Shown here one piece after another: positions 47,462-61,068 of a DNA stretch of 64,000 nucleotides (positions within the stretch are counted from its first letter, which is position 1; each line of letters begins with the position of its first letter). A model generated the notes under the pieces. The model had not been told where the DNA came from. It saw nothing but the letters and a program-made list of their open reading frames with translations, and searched no databases. The position numbers were made by a program, and so were the translations under genes. Source of the stretch: Oculina patagonica (lineage: Eukaryota); the NCBI RefSeq assembly GCF_052425735.1, contig NC_135764.1, positions 7,688,001-7,752,000 of the forward strand, given 5' to 3'.

Positions 47462-47733
47462 CATCCTCGGAGACCCAGGAGCAGTTAGTCGGGGCGACGG
47501 GTAGATCATCGGGACGACGGGATTTTCGGGTGACAGTTTACAACATAGAGCGTAACAGCCCCTGGGCACTTTGTCTTACCGAACCAATTCCAGAAGCGTT
47601 TGAACTCTCCTCTGATTGGCCAGAAAAACAGTTTTTCTGGCCAATAGCGAGGATGACCAACACTACACGGTTGACGTCTTCTTACAGCCCCTGGGCACTT
47701 TGTCTTACCTTTGCCCCTGGGTCTCCGAGGATG
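47462..47733. mobile_element. MITE with 9-bp TSD (Mutator-like)
   Basis: TIR CATCCTCGGAGACCCAGG / CCTGGGTCTCCGAGGATG; TSD CGGCCTTCA. Partial copy at 52141. Confidence 0.85.
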
Positions 47734-48486
47734 CGGCCTTCACATTCACTCCTTCTTTTTGGTCACGTGACTAGATTGGACTGTTATTACTATTAGCTTA
47801 AATATAAATTTCAAAAAGATTGGAACGATTTGTGCAGTGGATCCTGGATATAACGAAGGGCCAAGGGACTGGCAAAAAGTGTTCATAAAATCAGATTGAT
47901 TGCAAGGCTGGTACAACGGCTGAGGAGGGCACGATTTATTGGCCAAGATTTAAACTAGCAGAGCTAGTCTTCTTAAGGGCCAGTATTATAATCACAATAA
48001 ATCTTGCCCTCCGGCCGCTGTACCAGCCTCGCAATTAATCTGGTTTTATTAGCACTTAGAGTGACGTCTGGTACGAGCATTTGTTGAACAAGAGATCCGG
48101 CAGCAGACAAGCCAAGCAGTTTCAGTTTTCTTCGTTGTGTGGTCCCCTGCATCCAGACTAGTTTTGTAAAAAATGTTCGCCATAACGAGTTTTCGTTAAA
48201 TCAGGGTTCTTTTCCATATATTTTACTATTTCTGGGGTGAAAAACATCGCTCGTCTTATAGATCGAGGTTCTTTATATTAGAGGACTTCGTTATATAGAG
48301 GTTCGTATAAATCGATGTCTTACTGAATAATGTACCGGGGAGCGAGGAAGCTTTGCCTTATGTTTTCCCTACGGCCTGATAAATTCTTGGAAAAAGAAAT
48401 TGGAGCCAGAAGACTACAGGAAAGGCCAACCTGAGGAAAAAATGTAATTTTTTCATGCAAATTCTTCTAAAGATTCATACAGAATG

Positions 48487-48646
48487 NNNNNNNNNNNNNN
48501 NNNNNNNNNNNNNNNNNNNNNNNNNNNNNNNNNNNNNNNNNNNNNNNNNNNNNNNNNNNNNNNNNNNNNNNNNNNNNNNNNNNNNNNNNNNNNNNNNNNN
48601 NNNNNNNNNNNNNNNNNNNNNNNNNNNNNNNNNNNNNNNNNNNNNN
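48487..48646. other. Assembly gap (160 N)
   Basis: Run of N. Confidence 1.
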
Positions 48647-48895
48647 TGCTAGTATTAACCATAGCCAGAATGACATCTCAGGAGTTAGGAGCCAAAGTTT
48701 TACCTATACCATACCCCTCGGGCTAGTTTTATTCAGCGAGCCCGCGCCCGCAGACCGGTGGCCGAGTGGGACTGGTTTGCACAACTTGTAAACTTCCAAA
48801 AATAACTTCCAGTTCTTCTCTCTCGAGGATCGTTTGGAAGGAAAAATCGAGCGGATATAGCTGCATGTTAAACAAAATTAACTGTTTTAGACAAT

Positions 48896-51800
48896 ATGGC
48901 AGGTTGGATAAATCTTCCATTGAAGCGGTCCGATGGTGTTGACTTTAAAAAGCCGCTGGAGAAGTTTATCAAGAACACATTTTCCCCTGAAGCCGTCACT
49001 GAGAATGAGGACGCCATTTCTGAATTGGCAAAGTTGAGAAATACTGCTGTTATGCAGACCTTAGACAAACACGAATCTGCTTTGGAGCCGATGTTAAGGT
49101 AACGATAATTTACGTATTTTATAGTGAGTTTCTGTCGTGCAATAAACCGCAAAATATCGAGCGATTTGAAGCTTGAAGTTTATTTGCTTGAGCTGACGGT
49201 AACAGGCTGTGAATGAAGTAAGCTCACATAAAAAATACAAATATTCTGTGGTTTAATATCTTGGATACGACCCAAATACAGGGCAATTTTGTCCGTGTAT
49301 TAATTATTTTTCACTTTTATTTTTAAAGTTTTAATTGACAATGTGAAAGGTACTCCTTGTACAATCGAAATCGCAATTTTAATTGTCGATTTTTTTAAAA
49401 AAATTCTCGCTAAGATGAAGTTAACTTTTATATAGATTCATTGATTCCTTAACCGTTTTGGCATTTTTTTGAAGAAAAAGGCATCGAAGGGTACAGTTTG
49501 TATGTAAGGTTATATAATTTTCTTCATGTCATGTACAAAGGCATGTACATATTTTCGTATTTGTACCAAAGTTGCACAGATTAAGTTGTGATGAGTTTCT
49601 TCACACGATTGTGTCACTAATCAACGTCATGCAAATGCTATGATGTCACGGCTGTTTATTACCCAATTAAGTAATGTTAGAAAAAATTGTGTCACAAGAA
49701 TAAAAGAGCATCATTGAGATGTTATGTTGATGCACCACAAAATTCTGTGAACTAATGTTAAAAGAAATGCAAAGCTAATCAGTGACGAAAATTTGTAATT
49801 TTAAATAATATATATCAAGCCAGGATCTTATTTAAAGGAGAAGTTCACTCCAGAATGGCCACTTATTTTCTTTACGCCAATAAAAAGTTTATACAAAGAT
49901 ATGTTATTCACCAAAATTTCAGCTTCCAACGTGCGCTATAACCCTACGAAATCTTTCTTTGAAGTAGCCCAAAACTTGACAACTGAACGCCGCCATTTTG
50001 GAGCCTGGTAATGTATGCGTGACGTCAAAGAGCTCAGCCTGAAGTTTGGCGGGAAAATTTTAATAGTCGAAACTCCTTGTTTCTTTGTAGTGGCGTTTGT
50101 TTGTCAAAATACAAATGAGATACAAAAATCTTTTCGCCGTCTTTCAATATCTAAAAGAAAAATTACTCAATAAGAATGGGTAGGGACGAAAAATTACTGC
50201 CAAAGCGAACACAAATATTTGTGTGTTCCGAAAGCTATACGGGAGACTGCTTTGAAGAAGATCACAGATACAGTCTCCTACGTGAAAACACCCACACACA
50301 AAAAAGAAAGAGCCAGACGCAATACCAACCAATGATGCGTTTATGTTATTTCACGTTTTAGTTGATTTCAGGGAGGACTTTTAATCAACCAGAGAAACTC
50401 TTCTTCATCAAATATAAGATCGCAACTCCCAAAGTGAACTTTATGTCATTTTTGTAGTTGACTGACTGAGCTAGAAATGTTTGAATTATTTCATTTTAGA
50501 TCAAGCAAAATTTTAACTCAACTTATTACTTGTTTGTATCTTTTTCTCTGTCTTTTTCTCCTTCTATATTTATTTACATGTACAACCCAGTCATTGCATC
50601 CAAAATTTTTAACAACTTAGCCCGTTTTGTTATTTCTATTCTGAGAAGTGTTGTTGCCAATTTAAGTCAATTTTTGTTCATGCTGTAATTATTTGCCGTC
50701 GTCGTATTTACTCGATTAAACGCGGGTCACCGATCAGGGTCCGAAATTGCGCCTTCCTGGTCGCCAATGCGACTAAATATTGAGAGCTGGCGACCAGAAT
50801 TTCACAACTGATCGCCCACTGGCGACTAAGTTGCTTTGTAAGAGTATTCAGAGAAATTGATTAAAAATAAAATTTGGAGCCGTTTTTTAACAATTTATTG
50901 ACTCACTTTTTATCTTAGTGATGTCCTTGAGATAACACTGAAGTAAATTTCTCGCTACATAATGTATAAACTCCCCAACAGCTCAGCCAACAGCTGCGAT
51001 CAACACGATTCGAACATTGCAAGCCGCCATGTTGTTTTCCTCAGCGGTTTTCCCCATGACACTATTGCGGGCGCGCCCAGACATGTGCTTTCTTTCGCAT
51101 GCAATGGTCCATGCAATGAATATTCATTCTGGCGATGTCATGTCCGCGGACACGCTGAAATATTTCCGTCATTTACTTGAAACTGGTAAGGCTACAGATG
51201 CAAAAAACTTTGTGGAAGATTTAGTTATTTCCAATTACATGCCAGGCTACTAAGCTACGACGTTCCACGAACGCAACACGTTCTTGTTGTCACTGTGTTG
51301 AATGAAAAACTACCTGTCGAAATATGTCAGAAAGTTGGTGGAAATGATGTTTTTTATATTATTAAAGAGCGGAATGTTTGGATAAGACTGTAAAGTATTT
51401 TCCGTTTAAATGTTAGAGAGTTAACATTCGATAAAGAAGACTTTTTAAGACTCTACTTATAGGCGGGTACAGCATTTCTTTGAGTGATTGTCATCGTTGT
51501 TTTGTGGTATAAGTAAGCTGTTTTTGAGCATATGAATGGCCAAAAATACACAAGAAGAACAAGTGTTTCGTCTTTTAAGTGTAAAAGGAAAGTCAATCGA
51601 AAAACATTGGCGACCAGAAGTTGCCATCTGGCGACTAAAACTTTCGGTCCGGTCGCCAGGTGGCGCCGATGTAAAAAATTTAATTTCGGACCCTGCCGAT
51701 TAAACTCCGGCTTCGTATTAATTAACGCCGGGTCAAAAATGCTAACTTTTAAATAAACACCGGGGACGTTTGATCGAGGTCCCGGCGTTTATTTGCGGTC

Positions 51801-54800
51801 GAGCAAACAAGTAAATATATTCTCTAAAATAGCACTGCTACGACAAACTGGTACGGTTTGCTTCTTTGGTAATTTTTTTATAATGTTCAAGGAAAGTCTG
51901 GCGTAAAATAACTAGGATGGATGCTGTAAACAAAATGAAACAGCAATGTTCGCGTTCGTGTTGTCATGACCTGCATGACGCACTGTTGTTTATAACAGTG
52001 AACGTTTATAACTGCGGAGGACGTTGGCGACATTGCTGTTTATGGACTCATTGGTTGTTTATGTTCTGCAGTTCGGTTTGTAACAAATGTTGATTGCAAC
52101 ATGCACGTGCCGTATGCAATACTGTTACTTTCGTAAAAATCATCCTCGGAGACCCAAGAGCAGTTTGTCGGCCGGGACGACGAGAAAAATCGTGGTTCTT
52201 GGGACTGAAAAAATTACGGAAAATTGCACTTAGTTAATAAACACCGGACCCCGCCAAGTTTGAAATAAACGCCGGAGGTGTTTGATTTGAGAAAACACGG
52301 TAAGCAAAATGACTAACCTCCATTCTTTCCTTATTCTTTTGCCACCTTTCACTTGCATGTCGTTTGAAGGAAGTTACAGAAGGAGATTTCTTAAAAATTG
52401 TTTATATTGCGTCTGGCTTTTTCTATCTTTTGTGGGTATTTCCACGCAGGAGACTGCATCTCTGATCTACTTTGAAGCAGCCTTCCACATAGTTTTCGGA
52501 ACACACAAATATTTGTGTCTGCTTTTGAGCAATTGTTCTTTTAAATATCGGAAGACGGTGAAAATAAACACCTCTTTTTGTATTTCTTGGAGCTCTGTGT
52601 GAGCAAAATGGTGCTGCACAAACAGGCATTTTGACAAACAAAAGCCACTACAAAGAAATAAGGAGTTTCGAGTATTTAAATTTCCCCGCCAAACTTCAGG
52701 CTGAGCTCTTTGACGTCACGCATACATTACCAGCTCCAAGATGGCGGCGTTCAGTTGTCAAGTTTTGGGCTACTTCCACTGGAGTGAACTTCTCCTTTAA
52801 TGTAATGTAATGTTTAATAAAACTTACTCTAGTTGAAGTTCTTTCATTTGGGACCTTCGAATTCAGATTGGAGTACAAGTACGACTCTTTAAACCTGGTG
52901 CTTATATTTTGATTACCGTCGCTTGCATCTAAGCTTGAAGTTTCAACATGTGCTGCCAAACATGATCTTATTGGATATTAAGTGTGGTATGATTGGTCAT
53001 CAAATGTTTGAAGTTTGGCAGACCATAATGGCAACTTTCCCGACGGAAGTTCAACACATTCCAGTTTTGGGGGGGGAACTCCCTATAATGGCCTATACGG
53101 GGACACTCTGCCTGAAAGGGGTACCTTTTTCAGACTTCAGGTATTATATATAAAAGGGTAGATTTTTTAGACACAACTTATAGCTGTATCGTCTTAATGT
53201 AGTAAGCGCTACATAAAACTGTCAAGAAACCGACCTGTTTGAAGTATATGTCGTGTCGTGTAGGTATATGAAACGGGTACGTTTTTTCTATAAAAGGTAT
53301 AATTACAAAAAAAGGGTGCTTTTTCTGTCAAAATGGTATGTAAAAGGGTGAGGGGTTGGACCTCGGGGTGGAGCCTCTCGGCATAAAACATTTTTGAGTG
53401 CCCCCCCCCCCCCTTCCGGGTACTCCTACTCGATCTCATACTGATCTGAAGGTCCATGTTGATTCACAAGGAAACAATGTTTAATGATTACAGGGTTATA
53501 GCATTTCACAGCTATGTATAGGTTAAAAAATCAGAATTCCACTGTATTTTGATTTATTTATGATTAAACAAATATTTAGCTTTGTTTGCTAATTTTGTGG
53601 CAGGTACTATGATCAGTTGGAGGCAATGGAGGGTAAACTACCAGTATCAGAATCACAGGTAAGGTTACTAACTCTCAAATTATGATTGGCTAAAAAGTAG
53701 ATCAAAGTTTAATTTTGTTTGGTCTTGAATTTGATAACTGCTGGCCAATAATTGATTGTTTAAAGATAAGGATATGATTTTCAATTGAGAAAAAAAATTC
53801 TGAGCATACATAAAATTTTGTGCATACTGCGTAGATTAGTTTTGTTGATAAATTGATTTTTTAGTTCAATATTCAGTGTACAAACTTAGTAGTCTTGTTT
53901 ATATTGACTACATGAAAGCATGAAGCACTTGATTGCAATTGTGTTTAAATTTGTTTCATAATACCATTCTGTGCATTCTGTTACAGATCAGAATCTCATT
54001 TACTTGGTACGATGCATTTGACAAAGGGTCCTTGTTTGGTTATCGGAAGAGCTGTAAGTGGCTTTTTGTCAAACTTTACCAAGAGTCTACAACTTCTTTA
54101 GTCAAACTTATCAATAGTCCAGCTTATAATCTGAGATATTTTTAAAAAAACTAGCCATGGTATATTGCAATTTCTGAGTTTTGATGGGTTAACAGGCCAT
54201 GGTATATGAGTTCATATACCATGGCCCACAAAAATATGGTAGGTGTTTGCATCAGCGAGAACAGCCGGTGACTCAAATTTTGCAATTCGTTGGGTGTTTG
54301 GGTGTTCTTCCACTTGCACTTTTTGGATATGAGATACATGTAGTAAAGATGGTAGATAGCCTTGTTGACTGTCTACCATCACATATCCAATGCACGCTCA
54401 TGGAATAATTGTTAAATGTTTATCTTACTAGAGGCTAGTAACATTATTATATTTGTTTGGACAATTCATAATTTGAAGTTAATAAGTCTCTTTTCTTTCC
54501 ATTTTCCTTAGCCATGTCAAGTCTCCAGTATGAGCGACTGTGTTTGTTGTTTAATATTGGAGTTTTACAAGGACAGATTGCTGCAACTCAGAATTTGCAG
54601 TCAGACGAGGGATTAAAAACTGCAGCAAAAATGTTTCAGGTAAACATTATTAAAGATTAGTTACCTTTATGCCAGGGCTTGAACCCAGACTGCTCAGTGC
54701 GGTATCCAGGACACCACACCTCCCATGCAAAGGAGAAGTTGGACATTTTTTTAGTACGCCCTCCCCCAGTTTTTTTGTGATGTCTACATTAGGAAAAGGC

Positions 54801-57800
54801 TGACATGGAGGATTTTACATTTGATGTATGTGATGCCTTTTTCAGTTTCTCAATCCTCAAGACTTGATTCTCAAAACTTGAAACTTGATCCTCGCATCTC
54901 AAAATTCGAGGCACTCGAACTTTGGGACGGGAGGATTGAGTTTCAGGGATCAAGTCGAGACTGTCATTTTACTTTTGAGGGGTACTGTATGTGAAGACAG
55001 GCTTATGATGCTTAATTCAGATTCTATTTCTCAACAGTCTGCTAGTGGTGCTTTCCAACAACTGAAGGATACAGTGTTTCCCCAGCTGCACCTGGTACCA
55101 ACACCTGACCTGTCTGTGGAGATGCTGACAGTGCTAGCAGCTATTATGTTAGCACAAGGACAAGAGAGCATCTGGACCAAAACAGAGCAAGGTACCGGGA
55201 AATTGAAAAATAGGGCTTGAGTAATGGGGCCTGTGGGGTGTACTCTGTATATTTTTGGGTGGGGGCGTACCACTGGGACTCTAAAACCCTTACCCTATAC
55301 TAGACCATGTTAAGCTGATTTTGCAACCCTATACTAGACTTGACACTGGAAGTCCCTACCCTACAGTATCCCAGACTTGCTTTTTTTTTTTTTAAAGAAA
55401 TTAATTACTTACTATTAGTGTTTTTAATAGAAAACCATCTGTCAACAACGTTGCCATGATGATTTTATTTACGTTTAGGAAAGCCTCTTTCTCTTCCAAG
55501 TTTCTATTCCTAGTTTAGACTTAATTCCTCATACTACTGATCAGTTTCCAGGCAAATGATACCCTGTACTAGACCAAAACTTGCTGATTTCTATACCCTA
55601 TCCCTATTTAAACTGCTTGAAAACCATACCGTTCACAGCGGCACATACTTACATAGCCCATATGTGGGAGTGCCCCCTTCCCCCCCCCTCCCTGGGAAAA
55701 AGGGTTCATAGGAATTTTGTGGGGTTCAAAGAGACTTTAGGAATACAGTTTGTTGTCAGTGAAATGTAAATTAATGGATTCTGAAACCAAGCTCACTTAA
55801 CTTGTCATGCACCCTGCGAGCAGAGCCCTTTCTTTTCCACTGATATACTTGAGAAGAAAGGGCTCTGCAAGAATCGTGTCACATCTTTGTTGAGCATGCG
55901 TGAGGTTTACGCGATGCTTGCGCGTTAAGCTTGTGTGGGCTTGCGCGAGGACGAATTAATCTTGGCATGCCCGCGCGGAATAGCGTGACGGATCGCACAC
56001 GACAGCGTGAACAAAGTGTTTGTTTTACAAGTTCTTTTCATCAAAGAGCGTCTGAATTCCTTCAGTAAAAACTCGTCAAGCACCGCTCGAGGTCGTATTA
56101 GTGACTTTATGGTAGAGATGTGCGATTTTAATCGTAAAATTTCTTCTCAGTTTGCGGAAAAAACGAGATCTTAAATGATCCACAAGCTGCACGCGCACAC
56201 AAACGGTAGGTGATGGCGAAAGCAATTGTCAGCTCTAGTGCTTTCCAGAGCGTACTGTGGGCTCCGTCTTGACCATCAGTTTTTCCAAAAAATTAATGCC
56301 CGCACAGCAAAAACCAGTTTAATCCGGGCTGACCAGCCCAAACTTTAGGGCTGTGGCGATTCAAAGAAATGACACGAATCATGCAGAGCCTCTTTCTACT
56401 TCCCAAATCTCAACCGCAGGGAAGTTAAAAGAGGCTCTGCACGCAGGGTGCTTGTCATGTTGTGTGGAATTAACAGTTAACATTCCCCCCCAAATATCTG
56501 TCTTTTTTTAGATAAAATGAAGGATGCAGTGATTGCAAAGGTTGCTGCCCAGGCAGCAGATTATTACAAAAGTGCATACAGTTCTGCACAAGTACAATCA
56601 TTAAAACAAGTATTGGAGAAGGTAACAATTGATACAAAACTGCTTGTATAGTGTAGCAATGTACTTTTTGCTGTCTGGTTACGTCAGTGTGTGGATGGTA
56701 GCGTGGGGAGTGGGTTGGGGTGGATGGGGTCAGTCAGACATTTTTGCATTCAAGTTGATCAACTTGCACTTTATGAACTTAAGTAGTTTGGCAGTCTTCA
56801 CTCTTGGTCATCTGTGGATAATTTTTTTTGGGAAATAATTCAAGGCGCTTGGGATGCAGCAGTGGAAACAATTTCTAATAAAAATGTGTTATCTACACTA
56901 ATTGTGTAGAGGTGTTAAGAAGTCTTTTTTACACACTTTTGTTGCCTTACCTACAGTTAGAAACACTCAAGAGGTTTTTTGATGTCTTGCTGCATATGGT
57001 GGAGAATGAGTAATTATTTAGAACTGCAACTGAATCTCTGCCAAAACGTTTGTTCCTTTTTATTTTGTTGTCAGGAGTGGATCACAATTCTGTTGGCCAA
57101 ATCAGATTTCTTCAAAGCAATAGCCGAATATCATCAGGCTCGTGTCGCCAAGGATAAAGGAGCTTATGGCGAGGGTGTGACGAGGTTTAAGGTGAGATTT
57201 CTAGGCTTGATAACACAGTGTTTAGACACTGAAATATAGCAATGCTCTCAAGGAAGTTACCACTGTCATTTACTTTTGGTTTTCACAAGAATTTGCTCAA
57301 CTGGCAATTTTGGAATATATTAAATGGCAATTCGCGAACGTGGGCATAAACTAACATTGTAATTGTATATTGCAAATTTTATAGTCTTTGATGCGTATCT
57401 TGTTTTGCTGTTCTGTTCTTTAAGATACATGTACTCACAGAGTCTCTCTGATGTATTTTCAGCAAGCAGAGCAGCTGATGGGCAATGCTGTAAAACAGAG
57501 CATGGGACTCATTGACTTCAAGGTAAAGCTGAATGCTTCCACATCTTTAACAACCTAAACAAAAGATGTGAGGTGGGATCTTTTGCTCCCCATTAATATT
57601 GTCGATTTTAATCTTAATGAGGTAATGTTGAAAAAAAGGCCTTCCCTTGGCGGCATTCAGTAGGTACCTTTCTAAACATATTGAATAAAATGGTAGTGCA
57701 ACCTCCGCAACTTAACCTTAGATTTGTAGTGCTTTTAGCGATGAAAGTGAAGCTGTCAAAAGGGGCAAATAAAGTTCCTTAATCACCGCGTTTTCACCAA

Positions 57801-60800
57801 CTATAGTTGACCTAAAAAATAAGGAAAATTGACAGTTATCGCCAACAACAACAACAGCAAATGATAAGTGGATTAGTCCCAAAATAGTGCTCTTCGTGTT
57901 TTTAAAGGTTCGGAACCTTTACGAGACTCCGGTAAATTAACTGTTATATATTCTTCTTACTTGTTCAGACGTGGCAGGGAAGGATCCAGCGAGAGGCAGC
58001 AGAGCTTAAAAAAGACAACGAATTTATTTATCATGACAGAATGCCAGATATAGATTCCCTGGCGCCTATAGGACGCGCGGCTCTTGCCAAGTCCTTACCG
58101 CTGTCCAAACCGGCCTCGTCCAATTTTGTAGACCTGTTTTCCAAGTTGGTGCCCATGGCGGTCCACAATGCTCTGCAAGCGTACGAATCCCGCAAAGGAG
58201 AAATAATCAATTTTGAAGTTGGCCGTCTTCGGGAAGGAACCCAGTTAATGAACAGGTTTGTTGGAAATTCACAAAATAGCGTAAAACATGCAGCGTTTAT
58301 TTCAATCATCACACACTTCGGTTTCATCAACAGACTTGATAGTTAAGCTCCTTGTACAAGGTAAACAGTGCCACGTGAAGCTACTGCTCCGAATAGCTTT
58401 CATTTGAATGGTTACACACAAGGGTTTTATCCACAGACTTTAAAGTCAGAAGCACCTTGCACAGCATAATAAACAGTACCACATAAATGTACTGTTCAGT
58501 AGCTTTCATTTCAGTGGTCACACACCCCGGGGGGGGGGGGGGGTCACACACTAGGGTTTCACAGTGTACAACGTCCATTTGAAACCCCACACACAAGGGT
58601 TGCATCCACAAACTGTAAAGCTAGAACTATCTTGAAGAGCAAAATGAACAGAGCCACATAAAAGGGCTGCTCAGTAGCTTTCATGTGAATGTTATTGTAA
58701 GACGTAACACACCTGAGTTTTATCAACTGATCAAGTTAACACTACAGTACACTACGAGGTTGGACTCTTGGATTGAAAAACAGACAAAAATGGAGACACT
58801 CGACAAATTCGCATTTAAATTTTACCGTTGTGGTACCAACTGCACCTTGTGAATCTGGTGCCTTATTACATGAAATTTTCGCGACACGTTAATTTCGCGA
58901 TTTTTAGGTGCGCATATTTCGCGACACTTAAATTTCGTGATTTTTCGAAAATTTTGTATTTTGAATCACTTTAATTTCGCGTTTTTGAGTAAGATACAAT
59001 TTACATTCCCTTGGCAATATTATTTAACATGCTTCTAATTAAATAAAACGACTTCATCAAAGAAACAATAATGTCGAAATTTACAAAAATGCAAGGGCCG
59101 GACTAAATCTCGGCAGTAGCAACAACAGAGCAGTTTAATTCTCACAATGTCTACAAGAAGGTTTATACTTGTACGTGTATGAGTTATCGTTCTAGAGTCA
59201 ATTGTGACGACAACATCATACGCATTGAAAATTCCTTCCTTCAGTGGTACTAAACTTGTTCTTCATTGACTGTTGACATAATGTGAGTCACTTAATTTTC
59301 GCGTCATGTTATGTTCGCGACACTTATTGTTCGCGTCATTTTAATTTCGCGATTTTTTTGGAATCGCGAAATTCGCGAAATTAACGTGTCGCGAAAATTT
59401 CATGTAATAAAATATTCTCATCTTGGCGCCTTTTGTCTTAAAACAGTGTTCTTGCGTCGCTGAACTTGCCAGCAGCCATTGAAGACTTGTCAGGACAGAC
59501 AATTCCTAAGTCCGTGTTGGACAAATCTGCGGCGGTGAACGAGAAAGGAGGTTTGAATGCCATCGATGTATTAATGCAGGACTTACCAGAACTTCTTCAG
59601 AGAAATAGAGAAATCCTGGACGAGGTAAGAAAGGCGAGCTCGAAAAATTACTGTAGCAAACTTTTTTCTTATTAAACAATAGTGTTTATGTCGAGGAACT
59701 ATCGGCTGATAATTGCCCCGCGGAAGGGGCATCTATCAGCCGATAGTTCTGAGACGAAAACACTCTACTGTATTTATTGTTCACTACTACTGAATTTTTT
59801 TTTTTTCGCGTGCCCATTTAGAAACGAGCATCTTGAATTATTTTTAACTTTTTAGAATAAAAGACCTTATTGAAAACCAAAATCACAAACGAATCAAAAC
59901 CAGACAAGAAACCCACTAAATGCAGTGAATTTAGTGGGGTTTATCTGTCTGTAGGCCCGCTTGTTTACAAAAAATGGTCACGAACGGGTTCTATTCATCT
60001 ATTCATCCAGGATGAGGGATGGTTTAGATTGCGAAAGATTCAGGCGGATTGTGAACGACGAACTAGAACACGCAAGATTCGCTCTCCGTGATGTGGCTCA
60101 AATAAATGGCTCCTGTCACGCATTTTTGCTAAAAACTGCTCGAAATGCAGGAAATTGAACTTTTCTTACCAAAATTTTCTCTCGTTTTTTTTTTAATTTG
60201 TCCATTTCGTAATCCATTTCCATCCTCGCAATCGTTAATTATCCTCACTTCCTAATGGGTTCCTGTCATTTGCAGAAAACTGTTCCACCATTATTGCTGT
60301 GCTTTCTCTTGTCTAATCGTGTTAAAAAAAGATAAAGAGACCCTTTTAATGAAGGAAATTTTGCTGTTCTCAGGCAACACGAATGATGGACGAGGAAGAG
60401 CGTCAAGACACACAGATGAGAGATCGCTTCCAAGCCAAATGGACACCAAAACCTTCAGCAGAGCTTACTGCTCAGCTCAGAGAAGAAGCTAACAAATATC
60501 GTGCCATTATGGAGAATGCCACGCGAGCTGATGCTGTTGTGCGAGAGAAATACAACAAACATCGACGCAACATGGATCTGTTAAGTAAAGGAGAGGTAAG
60601 GAAAATCGACCATGCCAGAAGCAGAAATAAGATTGTTCCGTCCGTTTAGTACCGCCGAGAAACCTTGCCTTTCTTGTGCGCTCAAATGTCCCTTGCTGAA
60701 AAAATGTCTCAATTTCGAGTTGAAAAATTATATTCTGATAGATGACAAAACGTAACAGTCAGAGAATCGTGTAGTGTCTCTAGAATGGTTTCTGCTGGTT

Positions 60801-61031
60801 AAAACTTTCTGAAGTTCTGAAGTGTCCGAATAACTGCGGCTCCACTATTACTTTTTTCCGGGAGTGTCTCTCTCCACCCAACGGTATCGAGTTTCCAAAT
60901 TGTAAAGAGCTATTGGGCATTTTTGAAAATGGGGCCCCAGAGATTAATTTTTTGTACTGGTATTTAACAAATGCGAACCAGGCAAAAATGATGTTATGGA
61001 GTAACTTGCGAAAGAGTAGCACCCCTTCCGT

Positions 61032-61068
<37 letters not shown>

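Larger units (their letters stand above)
49836..52796. mobile_element. Kolobok-like non-autonomous element with THAP-domain remnants in both inverted arms (PDCD6IP intron 1)
   Basis: TTAA|AGGAGAAGTTCACTCCAG..CTGGAGTGAACTTCTCCT|TTAA; ~400-500-bp inverted arms; translations MPVCAAPFCSHR..VYFHRLP..IFVCSE..CF and ..IFVCSE..DCFEED..EPDAIPT. Confidence 0.8.

Noticed and set aside
48453-48726. ORFs with X runs
   Set aside because: Artefacts of the N gap.
58360-58700. Spaced repeats resembling a CRISPR array
   Set aside because: Degenerate units, non-unique spacers, eukaryotic intron and no cas genes.
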